Shown: positions 56,712 to 64,000 of the stretch, one piece after another
Layout: every line of letters begins with the position of its first letter
Numbering within the stretch: position 1 is the first letter of the stretch
NCBI GenBank assembly: GCA_963708955.1
Contig: CAVPWJ010000182.1
Coordinates: 10,684-74,683, forward strand
Length of the DNA: 64,000 nt
Reading direction: 5' to 3'
Source: an uncultured delta proteobacterium
Lineage (GTDB): Bacteria; Desulfobacterota; Binatia; JACPRU01
Program-made: the position numbers and the translations under genes
Notes under the pieces: generated by a model
What the model was told of the DNA's origin: nothing
The model's input: the letters and a program-made list of their open reading frames with translations, nothing else
The model's database searches: none

Positions 56712-57428
56712 GTGGCTAGAACCCGCGAATTCAACACGAGCCTCTCACTCGTGCTGCTCGGCGCGCTCGTGAGCGCCCGCGTGGGAGCGGACGAGATCCG
56801 CAAGTGGCGCGACGCCGACGGCAACCTGCACTACAGCATCACCGGTTCGGCCGGCGCCGGCGTGCGTGGCGGTAAAGTTGGGGTGATGAGCGGGCGGGAG
56901 CCGACGGCCGACGAGAAGTTTTCGATCGAGGCGAGCCTGCGGCGGCGCGAGATCGAGCGCAAGCTGACCGCTGCCGGACGCGAGCTGGTGGAGACCCGCC
57001 AGCAGCTCGACCGGGCGGAGGAGAAGCACTTCGAGGCCTGGGTGCCGGCGGTGACGCGCGACCCGCGCTCCGCTCAGGCCTCGCTCGACGCGCAGCGCGA
57101 CGCGCTGCTCGCCGCCGCGCAGTTCGATCACGAGAAGGGCGAGACGCTGCGCCGCTTGCGCCGCCAAGAGCGCCAGCAGTTGAAGCAGTTCGCCGAGCTG
57201 TGGACGAGCTTCGCTGCGCTCGGCGCGGAGGTTCGCGCGCGCTACGGCACGCAGCCGCCGTGGTGGCGGGAGCGGCTCGATTGCGGCGCTTGCCCGAGCG
57301 CCGCGGAGGTCGACAAGGCACGGCACCCCGAGCGACCGACGCCGTCCACCGGAGAGCCGAGCGCGAAGACGACGACTCCCGGCCCTGGCGAAGAAGGCGA
57401 CGACGAGGACTGGGAGGAGGAGCAGTGA
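56712..57428 (+). CDS. DUF4124 domain-containing secreted protein (paralogue of 2517..3116)
   Basis: GTG start. The signal peptide SLSLVLLGALVSARVGA is followed by the DUF4124 signature IRKWRDADGNLHYSI and a coiled coil. The C-terminal RYGTQPPWW is followed by CGAC and an acidic tail. Confidence 0.65.
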   Translation: MARTREFNTSLSLVLLGALVSARVGADEIRKWRDADGNLHYSITGSAGAGVRGGKVGVMSGREPTADEKFSIEASLRRREIERKLTAAGRELVETRQQLDRAEEKHFEAWVPAVTRDPRSAQASLDAQRDALLAAAQFDHEKGETLRRLRRQERQQLKQFAELWTSFAALGAEVRARYGTQPPWWRERLDCGACPSAAEVDKARHPERPTPSTGEPSAKTTTPGPGEEGDDEDWEEEQ

Positions 57429-57447
57429 GAGGGGCGGCCGCCGGCGT

Positions 57448-58506
57448 TCAGGCGTAGTGCGACCGACGCTTCAGCGCGATCGAGCGCTCGAGCTGGAACA
57501 CCTCGGCGCGCTCCCAGCTCTCGCCTTTCTTCACCGGTTTGAAGCCGCGCAGCGTGGTCTCGACGATGCCGAGGTCGGCCCGGCCGGGAAAGTCGCGCTG
57601 GCCGCGAATCTCGGTTGACGCGAACAGCGTATCGCCCGCGAACACCGGGCCGCTGTGACGCCCCGTCGTGTACTCTACGTCGCCGAGCGAGTTCTCGCCC
57701 ACGTCCGGCGAAGACAAGCCGAGGAACACGTCGAAGGCGATGCCGCCGTAGACGACGAGCTGGCCGCCGAGGTAGCGCCCGGGGCTCTGGTCGATCAAGA
57801 ACTGGTTGCAGTGGATCTGCGAAGTGTTGTCGAGCTGCGCGGTGAGCGCGATGTGCTCGGTGGTGATCGTGCGCCCCCGCGAGTGCTCGATCGTGTCGCC
57901 GACCGCCAGATCCTCGAAGTAACCGTCCGGCGAGGAGAGGTGGGCGAGGGATCGGTAGTCGCGCTTCTCGTCGTAGGACGGCAGCTCGAGCGAGCAATCG
58001 ACGTGGGGCGACGGGATCGCCGCGTCATCGACCTTTGCCGCCGGGTCGCTCTTCCACACCTGGACCTTGCGCTCGAACGTGATCACCAGTGCGCCGTCTT
58101 GATTCCGGCCGCTCGAGCGGACGTGCACGATGCCGCGGTCGGGATCCTTCGACGAGGGCTTGACGCCGAGGACCGTAGTCTCGACTTCGATGGTGTCGCC
58201 GACGACGACCGGCGCGCCGAAGCGCATGCCGATGTACTCCAGGTTCGCGCGCGCGTTCTCGGAGACGTCTTCCACGGTCTGGCTGAAGGCGACGTTCATC
58301 ACCAGCCCCGGCGGCACCACCAGATCGCGAAACCCGTAGGCCCGCGCGTAGCGCCGATTCTTCGACAGCGGGTTGGTGGTCATGGCGAACTCGCTGAAGG
58401 CGTTGAACAGGCCCTCCGTCACGGTCTTGCCGCGGCGGTGTCGGAAGGTTTGTCCGACGAGAAAGTCATCGAGGAAGTTGCCGGTCTTCTTGCGGATGAT
58501 CGCCAT
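57448..58506 (-). CDS. MaoC-like (R)-hydratase with two hot-dog domains (mesaconyl-CoA hydratase-like)
   Basis: The 352-aa product has two MaoC dehydratase halves. It lies 90 nt downstream of the giant coiled-coil gene on the same strand. Confidence 0.8.
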   Translation of the reverse strand: MAIIRKKTGNFLDDFLVGQTFRHRRGKTVTEGLFNAFSEFAMTTNPLSKNRRYARAYGFRDLVVPPGLVMNVAFSQTVEDVSENARANLEYIGMRFGAPVVVGDTIEVETTVLGVKPSSKDPDRGIVHVRSSGRNQDGALVITFERKVQVWKSDPAAKVDDAAIPSPHVDCSLELPSYDEKRDYRSLAHLSSPDGYFEDLAVGDTIEHSRGRTITTEHIALTAQLDNTSQIHCNQFLIDQSPGRYLGGQLVVYGGIAFDVFLGLSSPDVGENSLGDVEYTTGRHSGPVFAGDTLFASTEIRGQRDFPGRADLGIVETTLRGFKPVKKGESWERAEVFQLERSIALKRRSHYA

Positions 58507-58595
58507 CGGCGGATGAACCTCCGGAGCGTGAGAATCGGGCGTTTATGCTCGCCCGGGAGTGGCCTGTCAATTTTGCCCGGGAGGCGCCGTCGGGC

Positions 58596-61500
58596 TCACG
58601 CCTTTTCGGGCGGGACGAGCCGTCGGACCACCGGAGCGAAATCGAGCGGCGTCTCTTCCGCAAGCGCCGTCAGGCGCTTCAAGAAGAATGCCGCGCTCGG
58701 GCTCTGCGCCCCCGGCGGCAGCACCAGCAGCACCGGCAGCGCTTCGAGGCGGTTCGAGCGACGCGCCTTGACGACGAGCCCGGCGCCTTCGCCGCCGAGG
58801 CGAGAGAAATCGAACACGATTAGGTCCGGCTTGACGATATCGAGGATCTCGGTGCCCTGTTTCAAGTCGCCGGCGCTCGAGACGGAGCAGCCTTTGGCCG
58901 TCGCCCAGCCGTTCAGCTTGAGCACGCTGTCGAGCTCTTCGCCGATGATCGTCACCCGCTTGCCTTGGCCGAGCAATGACGACAGCGCTTGCGCGAAGTC
59001 GTTCTCCTCGACCGGCCGGATCAGGCATTCGACGTTGGGAAAGACGATTCCCTTGGCGCTGCCCGGCTTGTTCGCGTAGAGCATCAGCCGCGAGGCAGCG
59101 AGCGGCTCCTCGGTGCGGCTACGCAGCAACCCCTCGAGCCCGCCCCTGGCGGCGAGCAGGTTGACGGCCGTGTACGCGGGCGGCTCGCTGAGCGCGGTGC
59201 CGTTGTCCAGCGCGCATGCCTCGAACGCGGCGCCGCTGCAGGTCTGCGTGAACGCGTTGAGCGCCTGACCGGGATCGTCGAGCACGATCACCGTGCGGCT
59301 GGTCGGCCCTGTGGAGACGACGCGAGTTGCCACCGGCTTCGCCGTAGGCACGCTGGCCAACTGGGCCGCCGGCCGCTTGGCAGCGGCCGGCGCTGCGGAC
59401 AGCCGAGAAGCCGCTCGCAGCGCCTGGATCTCCCGGTCGCGCTCCTCGAGGTTCCCCTGCAGCTTTTCAGCGAGCGCCCGCCACCGCCCGCCCTCCGCTT
59501 CCAGGCCGCGCAGGTTGTTCTCGAGGCCGGCGATTCGCTGCCGGCCCGCCTCGAGCTCGCTGGCTAGTCGTTCGCCGTCGGCCTGGCCGCGCCGCACGGC
59601 GGCTTCGAGCGCCGCCGCCTGGGCGGCGGTCTCGCGCGTGCTTTCGCCGACCTGGCGGCGCTCGTTCTCGAGCGATCCGATCGCTTCGCGCAGGCGCGCG
59701 CGGCTGTCCTCGGCCGCCTTGAGCTCCGCGGCCAGGCGCTCGGCGCGCGTCGAAGCCTCGGCGGCGCGCAGATCGAGCTCGTAAATCTGCCGGTCCTTCT
59801 CGTCCTGCGTGGACGTGGCCTGCCGGCGCAGCGCCTCGATCTCCTGCGCCGAGGACCGCGCGGCCGCTTCGAGCCGCTGTGTCTGCTGCGCCGCTTCCTC
59901 GCTCGCCGCCTCGCGCTCGCCGAGGCTGCGCTGCAACGACTCGAGACGAACCGACAGCTCGTTTATCTCGGCGGAGCGCCGACCGAGCTCGGCGGCCATT
60001 GCTTGCGTCGTCTCCTGGGCGGCCGCGTTCTCCACGGCGAGCAGCGCGGCCTGTTGGCTGGCGTCGACCGTCGCGGCCTCCGATGCGGCGAGCTTGCGCT
60101 CCACTCCTTCGAGTCGGCGGACGATCTCTCGGGTGTTCTCCCGCTCGGCATCCGATTCCGTGCGCGACCGAGCCGCCGCCGCGCGCTCGGATTCAAGGGC
60201 CGCCTCGAGGCGGGTCACCGCCTCTTCGGCCGAGCCGCGGGCGCTCTCGGATTTCGCCAGCGTCGCCCGCAAGACCGCGACGACGTCGACTTCGCTGGCC
60301 TTCTCGGCGAGGTGGGCGCTCGCTCCCTGCAGCGACTGCTCCATCTCCTGGAGGCGAGCCGCCAGATCCTTGCGCTCGGCTTCTTGCTCGCGGCGGCCGC
60401 GCTCGGCTTCCTGAGCCTCGGCCCGAGCGCCGTCGAGCGCCGCCTGCAGCTCGCCCTCGCGCTGGGCTCGCCGGGCAAGCTCGGCGGTGATTTCACTGCC
60501 GCGGGACTGCGCGCTCTCGAGCGCGCCGCGTAGCGCGGCGAGCTCGCGCTCGAGCGACTGCGCGCGACCCGCGGTCTCGCCGTGCCGGTCGAGCGCAGCG
60601 GCAAGCTCGGCGCGCAGCCGAGCGTCGGCTGCGCGCGAGCTCTCCGCCTCCGCGCGCAAGTGCTCGAGCTCGGCGGCTTGTGCCTCGGCGGCTGCTCGCA
60701 GCCCGAGCATCTCCTCGGCGTGACGCTCGCGCTCGCTGCGCAGCGTTTCGCCGTCGCGCAGCAGGTTCCCCGTGGTGTCCTGGAGAGTGGCCACGCGGGC
60801 GAGCAGCGCGTCGCGCTCGCGGGTGAGGGCGTGGGACGCCTCCACGGCCTGGTCGAGGCGCGGGCGGAGATCGTTCAGCTCGGAGCCGAGCTTCCGCTCG
60901 TTCTCCTCGCGCGCGGCCTCGCGGGCGCGCAGCTCGCTTTCGTTCTTGGCGCGTGCCTCGAGCTCCGGCCGCAGATGCTCGAGCTCGGCGGCCAGCGTCT
61001 TGCGGCTGGAATCGGCCGCCGCCGCCCGCCGTTCGAGGTCCGCGCTTTGCCCACGCAGCCGTTCGATCTCGGTCGCCGAAGCCTGCCGCAGCGCCTCGAT
61101 CTCCGCGGCGAGGCGCTGCGCCTCGCCGCGCGACCGCTCGGCCTCGGCGTGGGCCATCTGCCGCTCGCTCTGGATCCGCTCGGCCTCGGCGCGCAACGCG
61201 GCGGCGTCGTGGATCACGCTGGCCATGGTCACCTCGGCGACCCGGCGGCGCTCGCTTTCGAGCGCGAGCTCCGAGCGGTACTGCTCGGTCTCACGCTCGA
61301 TCTCGCGCAGTACCTCCACGCGCCCGGCGAGCCCGGCGGCAAACTGATCCCGCTCGCGTTCCGCCCCCTCCGCGCGTTGTCGCAGCGACTCGATTTGGCC
61401 ACGCAACTCGGCCAGCGTGATCTCCGAGCTCTCCCGGAGCTGCGCGATCGAGTCCTCGGCCGTCTGGTACCGGGTCGCGGTCTTCTGGAGAGACGTGGTC

Positions 61501-62702
61501 AGTTGTTCGCGCTCGGCGCGCAGCTCGGCGATCTGATCCTCGCGGGCGCGCAAGCTCTGGCGCAGCGTTTCGGCTTGTTGCTCGGCGACCGACAGCCGAG
61601 CCGTCAGGTCGGCCCGGTCGGCTTCGGCGCCGTGCGCGTGGCTGGCGGTCTCGCCGAGCTGGCGCTCGATCGTCGCCAGCCGCTGCTCCAGCTCCGCGTG
61701 CGCGCGGTCCCGGCGATCGATCTCGCCGAGCGAGCGCTGGCCGCTCTCCACCGCCGACGCCAACTCCTCGCGCATGCGCGCTATCGCCAGCGCGAGCTTG
61801 CGGCCGCGCTCGGCTTCGGTGGCGCTCTGGTCGCGCAGCAGATCGCACTCGGACCGCGCGTTGCGCAGCGAGATCTCGTGGAGCGCCGCCTCGGACTTGT
61901 AGCGGTCGCGCTCGCGCGATACCTCGCCGAGCCGCCGCTCGAGCTCGGCCGACGTCGCGCTGCCCCCCACCGGGCGGCGCGACGATTCGACCAGCGATTC
62001 GAGCTCGCTGATCCGCGCGGTGAGCATGGCCCGGTCGCGGACCGCGTCTTCCCGCGGGGCCGAGATCGGCTGGGTCAGCACGTGGGGGGCCCGGGCTGGA
62101 GCACGAGACGGGGGGCGGATCGCCGTGCCGAGCAGCTTGCCGATTTCGCGCAGCGCCACCACGTCAGTCTCGTGGATGGCCCGCTTGCCGCTGCCGACCA
62201 GCAGCAGCGCCCCGGTCACCAGCCCGGCGGCGAACAGAGGCAGGACCGCCGCATTGGTGAGGACACCTTGGTCCGCGCCCTGGAGGAGCGGCGGGACGAA
62301 TGGGTTGTCACGCGGATGGTCGATGATGTACACGCGCCGCTGCAGCACGGCGTGGAGGGGCATGTCCCAGACGCCGCTCACCCCGCGGCGAACCAGGCGG
62401 ATGGCGTCGATCGCTGGCTGGGCGAGTCCCTCGTGGGCGAGCAGCGAGAGGCTCTGCGACTCCGAGTCGTAGCGTAGCAGCGCCCCGTGACGCAGGTGCA
62501 CCGCCTCGAGCGTCGCGGAAAGTGCCGCCGGTGCGGTGGCTTCGTCGAGCGTCGCCGCCGTCAGCGTCCGTAGATTATCGAGGGTCGCATTTGCCACCCC
62601 AGATGTTGCTTCTCGCGAGGAGGCGGCAGGTGGCGACGATGACATGACGGACCGACGTAGCGGGTATTCTTCGGCAGTGTGCCTCTCGATTTCCCGGAGC
62701 AC
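58596..62702 (-). CDS. Giant (about 1,350-aa) protein with an N-terminal GAF-like domain, about 850 aa of continuous coiled coil, and two C-terminal receiver-like domains
   Basis: Residues 40-200 are GAF-like (HEGLAQPAIDAIRLVRRGVSGVWDMPLHAVLQRRVYIID...). Residues 230-1090 are E/R/A/L-rich heptad repeats. The C-terminus has two CheY-like folds: the first, TVIVLDD...AVNLLA, has Asn at the phospho-acceptor position; the second, VTIIGEE...PDLIVFDF, retains Asp. The start is GTG 62702 or ATG 62645. Confidence 0.75.
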   Translation of the reverse strand: MLREIERHTAEEYPLRRSVMSSSPPAASSREATSGVANATLDNLRTLTAATLDEATAPAALSATLEAVHLRHGALLRYDSESQSLSLLAHEGLAQPAIDAIRLVRRGVSGVWDMPLHAVLQRRVYIIDHPRDNPFVPPLLQGADQGVLTNAAVLPLFAAGLVTGALLLVGSGKRAIHETDVVALREIGKLLGTAIRPPSRAPARAPHVLTQPISAPREDAVRDRAMLTARISELESLVESSRRPVGGSATSAELERRLGEVSRERDRYKSEAALHEISLRNARSECDLLRDQSATEAERGRKLALAIARMREELASAVESGQRSLGEIDRRDRAHAELEQRLATIERQLGETASHAHGAEADRADLTARLSVAEQQAETLRQSLRAREDQIAELRAEREQLTTSLQKTATRYQTAEDSIAQLRESSEITLAELRGQIESLRQRAEGAERERDQFAAGLAGRVEVLREIERETEQYRSELALESERRRVAEVTMASVIHDAAALRAEAERIQSERQMAHAEAERSRGEAQRLAAEIEALRQASATEIERLRGQSADLERRAAAADSSRKTLAAELEHLRPELEARAKNESELRAREAAREENERKLGSELNDLRPRLDQAVEASHALTRERDALLARVATLQDTTGNLLRDGETLRSERERHAEEMLGLRAAAEAQAAELEHLRAEAESSRAADARLRAELAAALDRHGETAGRAQSLERELAALRGALESAQSRGSEITAELARRAQREGELQAALDGARAEAQEAERGRREQEAERKDLAARLQEMEQSLQGASAHLAEKASEVDVVAVLRATLAKSESARGSAEEAVTRLEAALESERAAAARSRTESDAERENTREIVRRLEGVERKLAASEAATVDASQQAALLAVENAAAQETTQAMAAELGRRSAEINELSVRLESLQRSLGEREAASEEAAQQTQRLEAAARSSAQEIEALRRQATSTQDEKDRQIYELDLRAAEASTRAERLAAELKAAEDSRARLREAIGSLENERRQVGESTRETAAQAAALEAAVRRGQADGERLASELEAGRQRIAGLENNLRGLEAEGGRWRALAEKLQGNLEERDREIQALRAASRLSAAPAAAKRPAAQLASVPTAKPVATRVVSTGPTSRTVIVLDDPGQALNAFTQTCSGAAFEACALDNGTALSEPPAYTAVNLLAARGGLEGLLRSRTEEPLAASRLMLYANKPGSAKGIVFPNVECLIRPVEENDFAQALSSLLGQGKRVTIIGEELDSVLKLNGWATAKGCSVSSAGDLKQGTEILDIVKPDLIVFDFSRLGGEGAGLVVKARRSNRLEALPVLLVLPPGAQSPSAAFFLKRLTALAEETPLDFAPVVRRLVPPEKA

Positions 62703-62879
62703 AAGCGAATCCGTGGCGCGGTCAACCCGTGAGCGTCGGGGATTGCCGACGGCTCCAGCTCATATCGCGTTCGCGGATCGAGATCCTCGGCGACGAGCTT
62801 GCGCATTGCCCGGCGCTCCTCATGTAAAAAGTAGTTTTCGCGATCGGATCGTTCTACTTCGGACCACGTAGAGCCCGAG

Positions 62880-62899
62880 TTTGAACCACGTGGTTCAAA
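62880..62899. promoter_or_regulatory. Perfect 20-bp palindrome TTTGAACCACGTGGTTCAAA (candidate operator)
   Basis: The halves are exact reverse complements with a central CACGTG. It lies about 180 nt upstream of the giant coiled-coil gene start and about 350 nt from the nnrS start. An AT-rich tract (GTAAAAAGTAGTTTT, 62826-62840) lies 40 nt away. Confidence 0.45.
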
Positions 62900-62911
62900 G
62901 TCTGCGGCTGC

Positions 62912-63250
62912 TCAACGCCGTGCGTCGAGTGTCCGAAGGCCCTCTTCACGAGCCGCCGTCAGCAGCCGGTCATCGCAGGCGATCACCTGAACCTCCTCAC
63001 CGAGCTGCTCCTGTAGGCGCATCGCGGAGGCGAGGTGGATCGCATCGAAGCCGCGTAGCGGATGGCGCCGCGCCAAATCGCGGACGATGAGCAGTAGCGG
63101 GTCGGCGAGATCGACGCCGAGGTAGGCGCGCCAGTCGGTGTCTAGGGCGCGCGACGCCCCGCGGTAAGCGGCCGTGGCACATTGAAGGGCGGCGGAGTAC
63201 ACAAGCCGCAGCGGTTCGGCTCGTACTCCGGGAAGGCCACCTCGCGCCAT
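62912..63250 (-). pseudogene. PIN-domain (VapC-like) C-terminal half, probably N-terminally truncated
   Basis: ...LDTDWRAYLGVDLADPLLLIVRDLARRHPLRGFDAIHLASAMRLQEQLGEEVQVIACDDRLLTAAREEGLRTLD matches the C-terminal half of VapC toxins, with the catalytic D in ACDD. The N-terminal strand carrying the first conserved Asp is missing. The only in-frame Met start would overlap the divergent nnrS ATG by 2 nt. Confidence 0.4.
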
Positions 63251-64000
63251 GAGCAACGTCACGATCGAGATCGAAGCTTCGTTTCGTGACGCCGGCCCCG
63301 GCGGCCCCTGGCGCCGTGAGCCTTTCCGCATCTTCTTCCCGCTCGGCGTCGTGCTCGCCTGGGTGGGAATCGGGCACTGGCTTCTCTATGCGATCGGTCT
63401 GACCGCCAGCTACTCGTGCCAGCGCCACGGACTGGTGCAGACGCAGGCATTCCTAATGGCGTTCGCGGTCGGCTTCCTGCTGACCGCGCTGCCCCGCCGC
63501 ACGCAGGCCCCCCCGCCCTCGATCACCGAGATGGCCGCCGCGGCGACTGCGCTCATCTTGACCGCGGCGCTCGACGCGGCCGGAAACCGGGTGGCCGCTC
63601 AGGTAGCGTACGCCGCGCTCTTCGCGTTGCTGCTTCGGTTCGCGTTGCTGCGCTTTCTCGGCCGCGCGGCGGGCAGACGCCCGCCCGCGGCGTTCGTGTT
63701 GATCCCGATCGGAGCGATGCACGGTCTCGCCGGCGCGGCACTGATCGCCTGGTCGCCGACGCTACAAGGCCGGGCGTTGATGCTGCAGCTCGGTCCCTTG
63801 CTCGTTCAGCAGGGAGTCTTCCTGTGCTTCACGGTGGGCGTGGGGAGCCTGATCCTTCCGCTGATGGGCGGTACTCCTCCCCCTCCGGACCTCGGCGCCG
63901 CGCCGCGCGAGCGTGTCAAGGCGATCGGCTACGCCGCCGCGGGGCTCGCATTCCTCGCGACCTTCGTCTTCGAGGCCGCGGGATGGATCCGCGGCGGGCC
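63249..64000 (+). CDS. nnrS: NnrS-family membrane protein (partial; runs off the window end)
   Basis: Own translation from ATG 63249 gives MSNVTIEIEASFRDAGPGGPWRREPFRIFFPLGVVLAWVGIGHWLLYAI...HGLVQTQAFLMAFAVGFLLTALPRR... This shows the conserved PFRxFF N-terminus and multiple TM helices of NnrS proteins. It is not in the supplied ORF track because no stop occurs before the window end. Confidence 0.6.
   Translation, partial: MSNVTIEIEASFRDAGPGGPWRREPFRIFFPLGVVLAWVGIGHWLLYAIGLTASYSCQRHGLVQTQAFLMAFAVGFLLTALPRRTQAPPPSITEMAAAATALILTAALDAAGNRVAAQVAYAALFALLLRFALLRFLGRAAGRRPPAAFVLIPIGAMHGLAGAALIAWSPTLQGRALMLQLGPLLVQQGVFLCFTVGVGSLILPLMGGTPPPPDLGAAPRERVKAIGYAAAGLAFLATFVFEAAGWIRGG

Noticed and set aside
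59300-62100. Repetitive nucleotide periodicity (recurring GCGCTCGAGC, CTCGGCGG strings) that could suggest a repeat array or CRISPR
   Set aside because: The repeats are irregular in length and spacing and translate into heptad coiled-coil repeats. There are no direct repeats of constant length with unique spacers.
60582-62477. 631-aa plus-strand ORF antisense to the giant coiled-coil gene
   Set aside because: It is a mirror frame of a highly repetitive GC-rich coding region, and the sense strand has clear GAF, coiled-coil and REC features.
62880-62899. GGTTCAAA resembling a tRNA T-loop
   Set aside because: It is part of a perfect 20-bp palindrome. No acceptor, D or anticodon stems can be drawn around it.

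Overview
This is a 64-kb, high-GC (roughly 68-70% by eye) chromosomal segment from a Gram-negative bacterium; LolA, TonB-ExbBD and RND/TolC-type efflux genes are all present. I call about 60 protein-coding genes.

Most of the window is housekeeping. It carries fbaB, cysS, htrA, trxB, moaC, ssb, plsC, rnj, ftsK, lolA, yajQ, queG, rimO, dksA, queE, glpD, nth, thrB-II and folE.

Accessory or unusual content sits between these genes:
1. A complete ISNCY-family insertion sequence with a 17-bp target-site duplication at 17448..18901.
2. A fluoride riboswitch (crcB motif) driving a DUF190-CBS fusion gene and crcB.
3. A cusCBA copper/silver efflux operon whose CusB has a Met-rich, FixH-like tail, preceded by a Cys-rich secreted mini-ORF.
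4. A divergent 7-gene mrpABCDEFG cation/proton antiporter operon.
5. Decayed gene fragments: a Usp tail in frame after yajQ, a dynamin-like GTPase/esterase mosaic, a PIN C-terminal half, and a GT4 lacking its C-terminal half.
6. Two paralogous DUF4124 secreted coiled-coil proteins.
7. A 1,368-aa protein with a GAF domain, about 850 aa of coiled coil, and two C-terminal receiver-like domains, preceded by a perfect 20-bp palindrome.

No rRNA, tRNA or CRISPR array is visible. Many long alternative-frame ORFs in the supplied track are GC-driven artefacts and are rejected.
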